64,000 nucleotides of DNA from Octopus sinensis (GCF_006345805.1 NC_042998.1:101308001-101372000), one strand, 5' to 3'; shown: positions 24,052 to 38,260, counted from the first letter of the stretch. Numbers and translations are program-made. The notes: generated from the sequence alone by a model not told the origin.

Positions 24052-26830
24052 TTACGACGAACCTCGTCTAATATGTGGCACTTGGTGAAAAATGGAGTTT
24101 GATATAGCTACTCTTATTTGCACCTCTTGCCGTGAGGTAGGTTCATCTGGGACTCTTGACAGGAAGATGTCCAGCTTTGATTTAAAAACCGCTACATCTA
24201 CTTTGTGCAAGTCCTTCAGACTCTTTGGGAGAATATTAAAAAGCTGTGGGCCCTTGAAACCCAGGCTGTTGCAGAAACTGGTCCTGAAGCGTGATGGCAT
24301 TGCTGGGATCTTTGGCACTATGCAGTGACGTCCCGTTCTACCATTGGCGTAGCTTACAATGCCAAAATTTGGCACAGTTCCATCCAGGATCTTCCAGACA
24401 TATATTACTGCATACCTCTCCAGGGAGTAGAGTCCTAGCTGTTTCAACCTTTCCCAGTATCTGAGCTGTTGCAAAGAGACGATCTTCTTTGTGAATCTTC
24501 TCTGGATTGCTTCAAGGTCCGCTGTTAATTTTACACTGGTGGGTGACCATAGCTGTGAGCAGTAATCCAGGCGGCTGAGGACGAATGTCCGCCAGAGGAC
24601 CATCATGGTTTCCTTATCTCTGGTTCTGAATGTTCTTAGGATCCACCCAGCCAGTCGTCTGCACTTTGTCGCCATCCTAGTAATGTGCACATGGAAAGAG
24701 GTATCATCACTCATGTCGATACCCAGGTCCCTCACAGACTTAGGCTCTGGAATTGAAATTCCCTGTGGACCGGTGTATCCTGTAAGTTTAATATTCAATT
24801 TTGGATGCTGGTAGCGCAGGGCCTGGAATTTTTCAGCATTAAACTGTATATTATTATCCTCAGCCCATCTGTAGATTGAGTCCAACTCCTGCTGCAGGTG
24901 TGCAACATCGCTGGGGTTCTGTATTTTCTGCGAGACTTTCATATCGTCTGCATAGCTGGCCAGAGTGGCTATCCGGGCAGCTGAGGGCATATCTGAGAGG
25001 GCCACTATAAAAAGCAGTGGTCCCAAGACAGTGCCCTGTGGAACACCGCTCACTATTTGTGTGTTCATAGAGGTGGCTCCATTAACCACTACTGCCTGAC
25101 TCCTATCTTTCAGGAAGTCATGCAACCACACTCCAAGTTTTCCAGCTATGCCGAGGTCACGCAGTTTGTGGCATATCATACCATGATCCACCTTGTCAAA
25201 AGCTTTTGCAAAATCAAGGTAGATTACGTCCCACATTTGATTTGTTGAGTAACTGCCTCAACACCCAGTCATAATGCTGTAAGAGCTGGGTCAGGCAGCT
25301 CCTACCTGGTCGAAAACCATGCTGGATATCACTCAGCAAGTTATTTTCCTCAAGGAATGCGATTAGTTTCTTTCTGACTATCCGTTCCATGACTTTGCTG
25401 ATGTGTGAAGTCAGAGAGATAGGCCTATAGTTTTTGGCATCTGCTCTACTTTCCCCTTTATGTATTGGGCATATTATTCCCCCCTTCAGCTTGCTTGGCA
25501 GTTTGCCATTTGCAAGAAAGCTCTGGAAGAGAATTTTGAGGGTTTTGCCAGTGCATGCTTACACGCTTTGAGGAGGATGGCTGGGAAACCGTCTGGACCA
25601 GCAGCTGAGTTTGTGTCCACTTCATCTATGGCTAGTAGGACATCTTTTTCGCTAATGTCAATACATTCTATTGTAACCGCCTCGCTGGTTATAGGTGAGG
25701 CGGCAAAGAAGTCCACTGGTTTGTTCACTTGTCTGTGTTCCAACGGGGTGGTAAAGACACATTTGAACTGGTCATTCAGCATCTCACTGATCTTAGCTGG
25801 ACTGTCTGTGAGGGAGCCATCCTTTTGGAGGAGGAGTCCTATCTTGTAGTGCACTGAGACTGTTTCTTTCGCGTAATGAAAGAAGGCTTTTGGGTTTGAT
25901 TTAATGTTTTTTATAACCCAGGCTTCTTTGTCTGCTTTCTCCTTCACATAGGATTGTTGCAGCCTTTTTTCGATCTCCATCAGTGTTGTTTTTAGGCGGG
26001 ACGTTTCGCTACTTTTGGGATGTTGGTTGAGACGATTTGCAACCTTCATCCGTCGTCTCATGAGGATCTTCCTGTCTCTTGGAATCTAGCTCCTATTTGT
26101 TTTGGCCTTGTGCTCTGGGACATATTTCTGGCATACGGCTTGCACAGAAGACATGAAACATTCTAGTTTCATGTCAATGTCTGGTGTGGAGAGACATTCC
26201 GGCCAGTTCTCTCTGAGGATCTCTTTTTGGATCGATTTCCATTCTGCTTTGTGGAAGTTCAGATTGGAGAGATTTTGGGTGCTTCCTTTAGGCTGTATGT
26301 CTCTGGTTACTTTTGGTCGAAACATAGACAGCTCTATTATGTTGTGATCCGAAACTGATGTCGGTGTCACTTTCACATCATGAATGATGTCCATATTGTT
26401 CGTGAAGCAGAGATCCAGAATCTTATTCTCCCTAGTTGGCTTGAGTACAACTTGAATAAGGCATTGGTGAGGTTGAGCAGGGACTCCACCTGTACTTGCT
26501 TGCAATGATTCATTTCTGAGAGTATGTGACCTTCGGGCCATTTGACGTTGGGCAAGACCTGGAGTGTGAGGTCATCTCGGATGTATACAGTAACTCCACC
26601 ATGGCTCCTTTCCCTTCTGCCTGTTCGCAGTATGGCATAGTTTGGTATGTGTACTTCTGCGTCCTCTATATCAGGGTTGAGGTGAGTGTCCGCAAGTGCT
26701 ATGCATAGGGCTTGATTGCATGCAGTAAGATCTCTCAGGAAAGAAATTTTGTTTCTATTTTGATGCAACAGGCCCCCAATATTTAGTAAAAGTATTGGGG
26801 TGACGGATGTACAGGCGTTAGGGGAGGCCA
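24052..26830 (-). pseudogene. LINE ORF2 (APE endonuclease + reverse transcriptase), frameshifted; central APE including GDFN deleted near 26560
   Basis: Seen: ORF-track pieces 26373-26936, 26086-26541, 25486-26061 and 24052-25236. The sequence jumps from IRDDLTLQVL directly to PNVKWPEG. Confidence 0.9.
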
Positions 26831-26899
26831 TTCCGTGTCTGTTGACTGTGGTGGTCTTGCATAGTGGTGGGTAGGGTTCCTTCTCTGTGCTTGGTGTAG

Positions 26900-27635
26900 C
26901 CAGGTTATCTGGCGGACAATTCTTTGCGCCATGCATAAAAAAGACTCTTGCTCAGCTGAAGTTCTGGTGGGGTGTCGGGTGGCCGAACCGGCAGTTTTTT
27001 GCCGTTCTCACCATGCCAACATTTGCCCCGCAGGTAGAACTTACAGGTTCTTCGGTGCCTTCCAGATTTCTTCTTTCCTGGAGTGTACTGGGTGGCATTG
27101 GATCCTCCATGGAGTTCTCTGCTGTTTGTGTGGTGGGTTGGGGTTTCAGCTTTGGTTGTTTTGCCCTTACCTCGTTTTTCCCTCCTTATTTTTGTTTCAG
27201 TCCTTCCTTTTTTTCTTCTGTTTTTCTAATTTTTCATTTCTTCGTAGGACCACTGATACAGGGGAGGCTTCCGGTTTCTGCTCCCTTGGCTCCCCTATCC
27301 TCCACTACATGGTCGTTCACTGGGGTAGGTGATTCATTTTCCTGAGGAACCCCTGGATCACAGAGACTTCCGGCTTCCTTCTCTTTTTCGTCCTCTTCAT
27401 TCTCATCAGCTTTGCCACAATAATTTTCAATTATGTTGTCCAGTGTTTTGATGTGTGGTTTTATAAGCATGTAAGACCGGATAAACTCACTTTTCTTCCG
27501 CTCTATCTGGTCAATGGTTCTATGAAATCTATTGTTTTTTAGCGCGGCAGTGATGATGTTCGACGGATTGCCACTAGCAATCGTCCATGCTCTCAGCAGA
27601 AGATTTAACTCTTTCTTTTTCCACTTTGCTGCCAT
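26900..27635 (-). pseudogene. LINE ORF1 with a CCCH-type zinc finger (frameshifted)
   Basis: Seen: ORF 27234-27635, then CKFYLRGKCWHGENGK(N)CRFGHP after removing one A from an A6 run near 26995-27000. Confidence 0.65.
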
Positions 27636-27649
27636 CTTCGTTTTGAGGT

Positions 27650-28200
27650 CCAGAGAGGGAGTAGAGGCTATAGAGGTAATGAGGGATAGAGAGAATTAGA
27701 GACGGAGAAACACAGAGGGGGGAAATAGGGAAAGAGAGAGGGAGATAGGAAGGAAAGAGAGAGGTGCTATGAAAGAAATCGAGAGTGTGATAGGAGGAAA
27801 GCAAGGGGGTGTGGTTTGTTAAAAAGATAGAGGAAGGTAGGGGAGGGGGAGAGGAGGGGAATAGAAGGAGAGACAGAGTGAAGGAGAGACAGGATGAAGG
27901 ATGTGAGAGAGAGGGAGAGATGGAGTGAGAAGAATGGGCGAATGAGAAATATATGAGAGAGAGGGTGAGGTGACAAGAGGAGAGGTAGATGTGAGATGGA
28001 AAGGAAAGAGAAATGAGAGAAGAGGAGGATATGAAAGGGAGGAGGGGAGATGAGAAAAAGAGTAAGAGATGCAAGAGAGAGGGAAAGGGTAAGCGTAAAG
28101 AGATATAAAGGAAGGGATAAAGGAGCTGGAAGTGGGAGAATATATGTAAGGGAGGAGAGAGGAGGTAGAGGAAAGTGAGGAAATGAAGGAATTATTTAAT
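27650..28200 (-). repeat. 550-bp purine/pyrimidine-asymmetric tract upstream of ORF1 (possible LINE 5' UTR)
   Basis: Seen: GA-rich on the plus strand, bounded by (TA)n at 28225. The 5' UTR role is inferred. Confidence 0.4.
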
Positions 28201-28811
28201 TCTAAACTATTACTTATAAACTAATTATATATATATTATATATATATATATATATATTATTATATATATATATATAGTATATATATATATATATATATAA
28301 TAATATATACATATATATATTATATATATATATTATTTATATATATGTATATATACATACATATATAAATAGAGAAAGTCAACAAATGAGATCCAGATAT
28401 GCTCAATATAGAACACACATAGTAGAGTTCAAATGATTTGAACCTCCGCAGTCTTTATCCAGGTTTAAGTCTGCAGGATAAAAAGGGTGGCTATAAGAGG
28501 GATTCCAGCTAAGGTGATATGGAGATCGTGACAGATAAACACATTTCGATTTGATATATAACATATATATACAAACACACACGTAATATACATACATACA
28601 TACATATATAATATATATCTATATATCATTTTATATATATAATTTATATATATTATATATTATATTAATAATATATATTTATATATATATATATTTATAT
28701 ATATATATATTTATTATATATATATGTATTTATATATTATATATATATATATTTATATATATATATATTTATATATATATATATTTATATATATATATTT
28801 ATATAATAATT

Positions 28812-28874
<63 letters not shown>

Positions 28875-28953
28875 CATACATATATACATACATATATATA
28901 TCATGTATACATATATATACATATTATATATATATATTGTATACATATATATA

Positions 28954-29483
28954 GATATTGCCTCAAAGGGCATCACAAAAAAGATAGATGGCATGACAGG
29001 CCTCGACTATTGGGGTCGACTAGAAAAGCTAAAACTCTATTCTCTCCAACGTCGTCGTGAGCGCTACATCATCTGCATGATGTGGAAAATATTCCATCAG
29101 CATTGCCCAAATGATGTTGGCATCACCTTTAGGTACACCAAGGCTTGGGCCCCGTGCCATCCGCCCAACAAAAATCGCACTCTCATCTCAAACAAAACAA
29201 TACGGCACAATTATTTCACCTCAATTGGCCCCGCTCTCTTAACATTACAACCAAAACACATTAAAACAGAAACTGACCCTATAGGGTTCAAGAAGTCTTT
29301 GGACAGATTCCTTCAGAAATCCCGGATAAACCCCTACACCCGATATGTCTCTGTAAACATAACTCTCTACTTGAGTGGGCCATAGTGCCCAAATTCTGAC
29401 TTGAAAGACTTCACCAGGTGGTGCTATTAAGTTAGACATGGCCTGGGCCAATAATGGCCGAAACCTATCAAAGTATAAAGTAT
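28954..29483 (+). mobile_element. CR1/L2-group LINE, subfamily 2, 5'-truncated 3' end
   Basis: Seen: ITKKIDGMTGLDYWGRLEKLKLYSLQRRRERY; 3' UTR and tail match 44200-44350; (TA)n on both sides. Confidence 0.9.
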
Positions 29484-29574
29484 ATTATGTATACATATAT
29501 ATATATTATATATATATATGTATACCTATATATATATATATATGTATCATATATTATATCTTACATATGTATAC

Positions 29575-29619
<45 letters not shown>

Positions 29620-29649
29620 CTATATATATATATATACGTTGACTTTTTT

Positions 29650-29684
<35 letters not shown>

Positions 29685-30305
29685 CGTGTGTTCCTTTTCA
29701 AACCTCTACATACACAACACCAACACTCTCACTCGGGCACACATACACTCACACACATATATATATACATATAGCTGCATACATATATATGTGTGTGTTT
29801 GTATACCTAAATGTTTTTTTGCATTCGATGTGTTTGTATGTCTTCAGAATGTCGTTCATTTTTGGATCTCTACTTAGTAAAGGAAGAGTTTGCACAATAG
29901 TGTTGAATGCCTCACTGTTTCTTGGGTTGTGTGTTGATATAAATAGTAATGTTTTAGTCTGAGGTGTGGTGCTATGTACATACGCACATAGTACATAATA
30001 TATATATATCTCTATATATATATAGATATATATATGCGTGTGCGTGTGTGTGTGTGTGTAAAAAATATATATATGTATACATGTATATCTGTGTGTATAT
30101 ATATTTACATATACATTCATCATACACACATGCATATATATTATATATTGTATGGTTTATATACATATATATATATACATCCATTATATATATATATATA
30201 TATATATATACATACATATATACATATACACATATATCTGTGTGCATATATATTTACATATACATTCATCATACACACATGCATTATATTATATATTGTA
30301 TGGTT

Positions 30306-30343
<38 letters not shown>

Positions 30344-30510
30344 ATATACATATATTATACATATACATATATATACATATACATATATATATACATATAC
30401 TATATATTATATATATATATATATATATAATATATAATATATATAATATATATATATTATATATATTATATATATATATATTATATATAATATATTATAT
30501 ATATCTATAT

Positions 30511-31225
30511 TGGCAATGAAATGTAGACGACTGGCCGGATGGATCCTCAGAACCTTTAGAACAAGAGAACAAGAACCATGATGGTCCTCTGGAGGACACT
30601 TGTCCTAAGCCACTTTGACTACTGCTCTCAGTTATGGTCCCATCCATGTCAAGTTGATCACAGAGCTCGAGGCGATCCAACGTAGCTACACGAAGAAGAT
30701 AGCCTCTATGCAGAATGTAAGCTACTGGGAAAGACTCAAGAGATTAAAACTATATTCCCTGGAGCGTAGGCGGGAAAGATATGCCATAATATACATCTGG
30801 AAGATCCTGGAGGGACGTGTCCTGAACTTTGGCATCGAGAGTTACGCAAATGCCAGAACTGGGCGCCACTGCGTGTTGCCTAGGACTCCAACTTGCCATC
30901 AAGATCTAGGACAAGATTCTGTGATAGCCTGGGCTTCCGAGGCCACAGCTCTTCAATATCCTCCCGAGAACATGAGAGACCTGCATGGGGTGGATGCAGA
31001 TGTCTTTAAAATGAAGCGATCTATTCCTGTCAGGTGTCCCAGATGAACCAACTTCACGGCGGAGGGGCAGATGAGGGCAGCTGCATCGAACTCTCTCATG
31101 CACCAAATGGCAGTTGGTAGAAAGCTTTCGTGAAGTGAAACCAAGTAGCAACACCAAATGGCGGTGCCCCAGAATGGCCACAGCTCATAAGCTGAAACTA
31201 GAATCAATCAATCAATCAATCAATC
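30511..31225 (+). mobile_element. CR1/L2-group LINE, subfamily 1, 5'-truncated
   Basis: Seen: CRRLAGWILRTFRT, LEAIQRSYTKKI, YSLERRRERYAIIYIWKILEG; hairpin tail followed by (TCAA)n; (TA)n on both sides. Confidence 0.9.
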
Positions 31226-31227
31226 AT

Positions 31228-31310
<83 letters not shown>

Positions 31311-31359
31311 AATATATATATATATAATATATATATATATACACATATATATATATATA

Positions 31360-31407
<48 letters not shown>

Positions 31408-31997
31408 CAGCCTGCATACATACAAGTATATGAGTGTGTTTGAGTATGCGTGTATTTGTGCATGTGTGTGTGTATGTATATTATAAATACCTTACATTTC
31501 TACGAGTGTTTCAATGAAGCAGTATTTTATGAAAAGTATCTTTAGAAAATGCTGATCTATTGAAACATTTGTATATAACTGTAAGGTATTTCTTAATATA
31601 ACTAAATATACACTCCACTTTTCTTTCGATGAATTCCTGTTTTGAGTTGTAGTCTTCTCAGATGTTTTTGAAGAACGATAAAGTTATCTATTTACGCACA
31701 CAGACACACACCCATACCCCCACACATACACCCACACAAACATACTTACATATATGTATATATATATATATATGAATATACGTATGTAGAAGTATATATA
31801 TATATATGTCTGAATTAATGTAATTGTATACACACATACACACACACACACACATATATATACATATATATATACATATATATACTACATATTAGGTTGT
31901 ATATATACTGTACATATATGTATGTATACATGTACATGTATGTATCTATGTATAAGTAATATGTATATATATATAGTATATATATATATATATATAA

Positions 31998-32047
<50 letters not shown>

Positions 32048-32156
32048 TAATATATATATATATTATATATATATATATATGTATAGGTATTGTATAAATA
32101 ATTATATATATATTATATATATATATATACACCTATAGACCTATATACATATATAT

Positions 32157-32193
<37 letters not shown>

Positions 32194-32538
32194 GTAGTAT
32201 ATATATATGTATAATACGTAATATATATGTATATATTATACGTAATATGTGTTTTTGTATATCACTTGTCTTGGAACCCCCCTCCCCCAAGAAAAAAACG
32301 ATAGAAAAAATAAGATGAACTGAGTTCAAAATCAATATTATCAGCTTGTTTCTCAGGGGAACATAAAGAAGTAATTGCTATGTGTTTCGGACGTCGCCCG
32401 GCTTCTGATAGTAGAAAAAGGAATGAAGAGAGACGGGAAGAAAGTAGAAAATGAAAGAGGAAAAGAAGAAGCTGCAATGCTAGCATGTATTTATGTACGT
32501 CTAGATATAGTGATAGATAAATGGATACCGAAACGTTG

Positions 32539-32629
<91 letters not shown>

Positions 32630-33243
32630 GGAGACAGACAGACGGACAAAATTTACTGTAGCTAATTAATGGCGACAAGAATTTGATGTAAATCCTATGA
32701 GTTTCGAGTAGGGACGAATCTGTTAGTCTTGTGGGGATCGTAAAGATGAATACAAACATACACATACACACACACACACACACACTCACACACGCGCGCG
32801 CGCACGCAAACATGCACACACACACATACACACACACACTTATATATCATATATACGGGGGTGGGGTGTTGAAGTGTTCCTGACTTTGGATGAAAGAAAA
32901 TGATGCAGACGGATCGGTTAATTATGATTTTATACAACATTATTCCTCTCTCAGATTCGTGCACTTATTGCAGGGGTCTTTCAGGTTTTCCAAGCCCTGT
33001 AAAAAGAACTCGGAAGGTTTGGACCTCTAAGCAGGCCTTTCATGATACTCTTAAAGCCAAGAACTCTTTAGCACCCCCCCTCGTATATACATATACACGT
33101 ACCCCACCCCATATATATCAATTCAACAGGTTCAAGAAGTCGCAACATTATGAAACATTTTCTCACTCTTCGCTGTTTAACAGATACCATGGGAAAAATT
33201 GTTTGTTGGCTTGTATAGCTTAAATGTGACGTAATATTCACCC

Positions 33244-33626
33244 TGTGGAGGCGCAATGGCCCAGTGGTTAGGCAAGCGGACTCGCGATCATAGGATCGCG
33301 GTTTCGAATCCAGACCGGGCGTTGTGAGTGTGGTATGAGCGAAAACACCTAAAGCTCCACGAGCTCCGGCAGGGGATGGTGGTGATCCCTGCTGTACTCT
33401 TTCACCACAACTTTCTCTCACTCTTACTTCCTGTTTCTGTTGAACCTGTATTTCAAGGGGCCGGCCTTGTCAACTCTCTTGTCACGCTGAATATCCCCGA
33501 GAACTGCGTTAAGGGTACACGTGTCTGTGGAGTGCTCAGCCACTTACACGTTAATTTCACGAGCAGGCTGTTCCGTTGATCGGATCAACCGGAACCCTCA
33601 TCGTCGTAACCGACGGAGTGCTTCTC
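33244..33626 (+). mobile_element. SINE family B head with alternative 3' module (tail type 2); 12-bp TSD
   Basis: Seen: TSD TAATATTCACCC at 33232-33243 and 33627-33638. Confidence 0.85.
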
Positions 33627-33640
33627 TAATATTCACCCAT

Positions 33641-34224
33641 AGAAGGCGACGGGCTGGCAGAATCGTTTGCACGCCGGGCGAAATGCTTAGCGGTATTTCG
33701 TCTGCCGTTACGTTCTGAGTTCAAATTCCGCCGAGGTCGACTTTGCCTTTCATCCCTTCGGGGTCGATAAATTAAGTACCAGTTACGCACTGGAGTTGAT
33801 ATAATTAACTTAATCCGTTTGTCTGTCCTTGTTTGTCCCCTCTGTGTTTAACCCCTTGTGGGTAGTAAAGAAATAGGTATTTCGTCTGCCGTTATGTTCT
33901 GAGTTCAAATTCCGCCGAGGTCGACTTTGCCTTTCATCCTTTCGGGGTCGATTAAATAAGTACCAGTTACGCACTGGGGTCGATATAATCTACTTAATCC
34001 GTTTGTGTGCCCTTGTTTGTCCCCTCTGTGTTTAACCCCTTGTGGGTAGTAAAGAAATAGGTATTTCATATGTCTTTACATTCTGAGTTCAAATTCCGTC
34101 GAGGTCTACTTTGCCTTTCAACATTTCGGGGTCGATATATTAAGCACCAGCTGAGAACTGGAGTCGATAAAATCGACCAACCCTCTCCACCAAAATTTCG
34201 GACCTTGTGCCTCGAGTAGAAAAG
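33641..34224 (+). mobile_element. SINE family C trimer (head + two 184-bp units + terminal unit); 13-bp TSD
   Basis: Seen: GGTATTTC unit starts at 33692, 33876 and 34060; TSD AATATTCAC(C/T)CAT at 33628-33640 and 34225-34237. Confidence 0.85.
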
Positions 34225-34239
34225 AATATTCACTCATGG

Positions 34240-34287
<48 letters not shown>

Positions 34288-34819
34288 GGAGAGAGATAGA
34301 GATAGAGATAGAGAGAGAGAAAGAGAGAGAGAGAGAGAAGGTGAGGTAAGTGAAAGAGAGATTATTTAGAACTGCAAGAATCACACGTTTTGAAACGGCA
34401 GAAATTTCAATAACAATAATAAACAACAAACGACAAGAAATTAAGGCAATAATGAGATTACCTATAACAAGAACTAGAAGAACAAGAAACAAACAAACAA
34501 CACCGACAACAACCGCAGCAACGGCAGCAAGAGCAAAACCAACGGAAAAGAAGAAATGTGATTCTTAGTAAAACCGAGATTATAAACAACAACAATACCA
34601 GCAAAAACAACACCAACGCACAACAGTGAGAGCAACAATAACCGCGACAAAACGTTAAAAAAGAACGGCCCATAGCAGTAGCGAGATTATACGTAGCAGC
34701 AACAATAAAGGCAACAAAGTTAACTGAAACATCAGTAGTAAATGCGAAAGCTAGAACAACAAAAACAGCCCTTAGCAATAGCGAGATTATAAATAAAAAC
34801 AACAATAACCCTCCGTACT

Positions 34820-34957
34820 AATGCATACAAACATACATACATACACACACACACATAAATACACACATACATACATACATACACACATACATACATACAC
34901 ACATACATACATACACACATACATACATACATACACACATACATACATACACACACA

Positions 34958-34991
<34 letters not shown>

Positions 34992-35570
34992 CATACATAC
35001 ACACATTCATACATACATACATACATAAATACATACATACATACATACACACACACATACATACATACGTACATATATACATACATAAATACACACATAC
35101 ATACATACATAAATACACACATACATACATACATACATACATACATACATACATTCATACATGCATACATACATACATACATACATATATACATACATAC
35201 ACACTCATACATACATACATACACACATACATTCATACATACGTACATATATACATACATAAATACACACATACATACATACATACATACACACATACAT
35301 ACATACATACATACATACATACACACACATTCAAAATGCATACATACATACACACATACACATACACACATACACATACATACATACACACATACACACA
35401 TACATACATACACACATACATACATACATGCACACACACATACATTCATACATGCATACATACATACACACTTACATACATACACACATACATACATACA
35501 TACATGCATACATACATACATACATATAGGCATGCATGCATGCACGCATACATACATACACATATGCACA
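34820..35570. repeat. ~750-bp (CATA)n/(CA)n compound microsatellite
   Basis: Seen directly; explains the MYVC/HTYI ORFs. Confidence 0.95.
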
Positions 35571-35671
35571 CAATGCTAGGTTTAGTCAAACTAGAGAGTT
35601 TGAGCTTACCAGAATAAATCGCGAAGGGGGAAAAAGCACTCTCTTTAAAGATTGTTTTTCTGTATATACCT

Positions 35672-35708
<37 letters not shown>

Positions 35709-36492
35709 GTTGTATTTATGTGTGTATGTACCCGTGTGTATATGTACACCTGAATGCAGGGCGGCGGTGGAAGCAGTTAGGCAAGGAGGAAGCGAGAGAA
35801 ATAAAGGGAGATAAGAAAGTAGGTGAAAAGATTAGAAATTGTACCACGTTAGTAGTGTTGCTAAAACGTCTGACAAAATCATCAAAACTCTAACGATTCT
35901 GTCACGTCGCCATCTTATCATTATCTATGATATAAAGACTAGCAATGAGCACATGAAAGAACCTCTGTACGATGGCTCTGTTAAAAATACCAGTCAATTC
36001 ACTCTTAAATCACACCTTAACTAAACGTCTGAAGAAAGGAAGGTTCTGCAATAAGACAAGATGGTTAGGGAGGCTTTGCGGTGGGAAATGCCTTATGTCA
36101 TATATCTGCTGAATCAGAGCTGACCAGGAGCTAAAAGATAACAAAAACAACAACAGCAACAACAACAACAATTGATAAAAAAAACATCATGTTGCCAGAA
36201 GTCGGTGTGTCTGTGTATATGTATATGTCTATGTAGGTGCATTGTGTATGTATGAACATCTGTGCCTACATATGTGAAAGTGTGTGTGTACATATATATA
36301 TAATATGTTCATGTGTGCGTCTGCGACTTTGAAAACATGTGAGGATAGGGATATGTAGAAATAATGACAAAAATAGACAAAAGTACACAGACCAACTACT
36401 CATTAAACGGAAAGAGCTCAAGGGAAAAACAATTCTGGTAAAACGTTCAACTACCTATCAATACATCTAGTATGGTACCAAAATATCTATCC

Positions 36493-36592
<100 letters not shown>

Positions 36593-37426
36593 CCATGAAC
36601 ACATATACATGCATACACAAATACGCCTGCATATGTGTGAGCGTATATATATATATATATATATATATATGTGGTTGTGTGTGTGTGTGTGTGTGTGTGC
36701 GTGTGTGTGTATACATAATAGATATATATATATATATTATACACACACACATATTTTGATATATATATATATATTCACTGACACATATATGCGGCCGTGT
36801 TTGTGTATGCATGTATATATATATATATATACGCACACATACAAATACATAGTGGGAGCTGCGTATAATATACCAAACGACTAATGTTATCAAAATCAAT
36901 GGATCTCAAAATCTTTATGTAATATTTCTTTAAAGTTATTAGTTTATCAGGAACAAAGCTGCCTGATATGGCTCTGAAAATTTTCAAATATACTGCTGTT
37001 CTACAGCCACTATAATCAATGCACCGCTCAATGGAAAACCACGCTGGCTACGGAAATGTGCTACGTGTATGGTGATAGTGTGGATGGCATTTTTATTGCT
37101 GCTGAGATTAAGGGAATTAGTGGCGTGTTAAATTGATCTGTCTGTGTCTATTTGCCTACTATTTGCGTTTGTGTGTTTGACGGCCTGTGTATGCGTATAT
37201 GCATAAGTACAGACTGTGTGGCTTCCATAACACACACACGCGCGCGCGCACACACACACGTATATGTATGTAACTGCTTCTTCTTTACGGGCATGTGGAT
37301 TTCGGTGAATATTTGAGATTATCTCTTCCCATTGTGAGTCGGCCACATTCGCTGCGAGATATTATTTTTTACTTATATAGAAGCGAAGACAATTGCAATA
37401 AGCCACGAATTTATCTTATATATATT

Positions 37427-37510
<84 letters not shown>

Positions 37511-37511
<1 letters not shown>

Positions 37512-38260
37512 ATGGCACCGCGAGTGTCGCGTTGCTCTCAAGCAACTCTGCCGTCCTGGGTCGACCTTAAGTGACTTCAACACAACCAAAGCATTCTATA
37601 GGGGTTTAGTGGAGGGGAGGTACGACGACGAGCTCGGGGCGAACCTGGACGTCGACGAGGAGTACCTGACCCGCCTGTTCGGGACGACTTTCGGGCCAGG
37701 GCCCATGGACAACTTCCAGAGATCCCTGGCCTGGCAGTGCTACCGAGAAGCGCTACCCGTTCGGGATAAGCTCTACAGACACGGCTCGAGAAACACGGGG
37801 CCGACCTGCCCGAGATGCGGTCAGAGCGACGAAACCGTTCTGCACGCACTCGTTCAGTGTCCAACAATTTCCGACCTGTGGCTTATGTCGAACAACTGCT
37901 GTCACGTGTGGGACGAGTCGGTTTATCAGCTGAGTCTATCGTCAATATTGTCACGCCTCCTTCCTTCAAACGGGAAGGAAGAGCTATTTTCATCATCCTT
38001 GTGGCTATGGCGAAAGAATGTATCTGGTGGACGCGTCTGAAAGGATTGGAGACAAACATTTTCCTCTCTGGTCAATCTCTCATCAACTTCTTCAAGTACC
38101 ACTTGAAAAGGAAAGTGAGAGTAGAGAGGCAAGTTTTGTCTAGCGAATGTTTTAAAAAAAGATGGGTGAATGTAGCAAGAATGGCACGTATGAATGACGA
38201 AGCCACCTTGAGCATAGTCCTATGAACCCAGAAATCGAAAACAGAGAGTTGCTTATTTGC

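Larger units (their letters stand above)
23990..27640 (-). mobile_element. Near full-length CR1/L2-group LINE, subfamily 1 (ORF1 + APE-RT ORF2), inactivated
   Basis: Seen: ORF1 start at 27635; APE motifs LLNIGGL, THL, GGVTVYIR, LDLCFTN, SDHNII; RT motifs YLDFAKAFDKVDH, SGVPQGTVLGPLLF, YADD; 3' hairpin tail ending in (TA)n. Confidence 0.95.

Noticed and set aside
30105-30340. ~148-bp local tandem duplication within a TA field
   Set aside because: Ordinary slippage or unequal crossover within microsatellite, or an assembly effect.
31485-31590. Imperfect ~100-bp hairpin (TGTTTCAAT/ATTGAAACA), pre-miRNA-like
   Set aside because: Pairing is short and AT-rich; not distinguishable from chance.
33692-34224. 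CRISPR-like or satellite array
   Set aside because: The 184-bp units have no unique spacers and are SINE-derived, bounded by a TSD.
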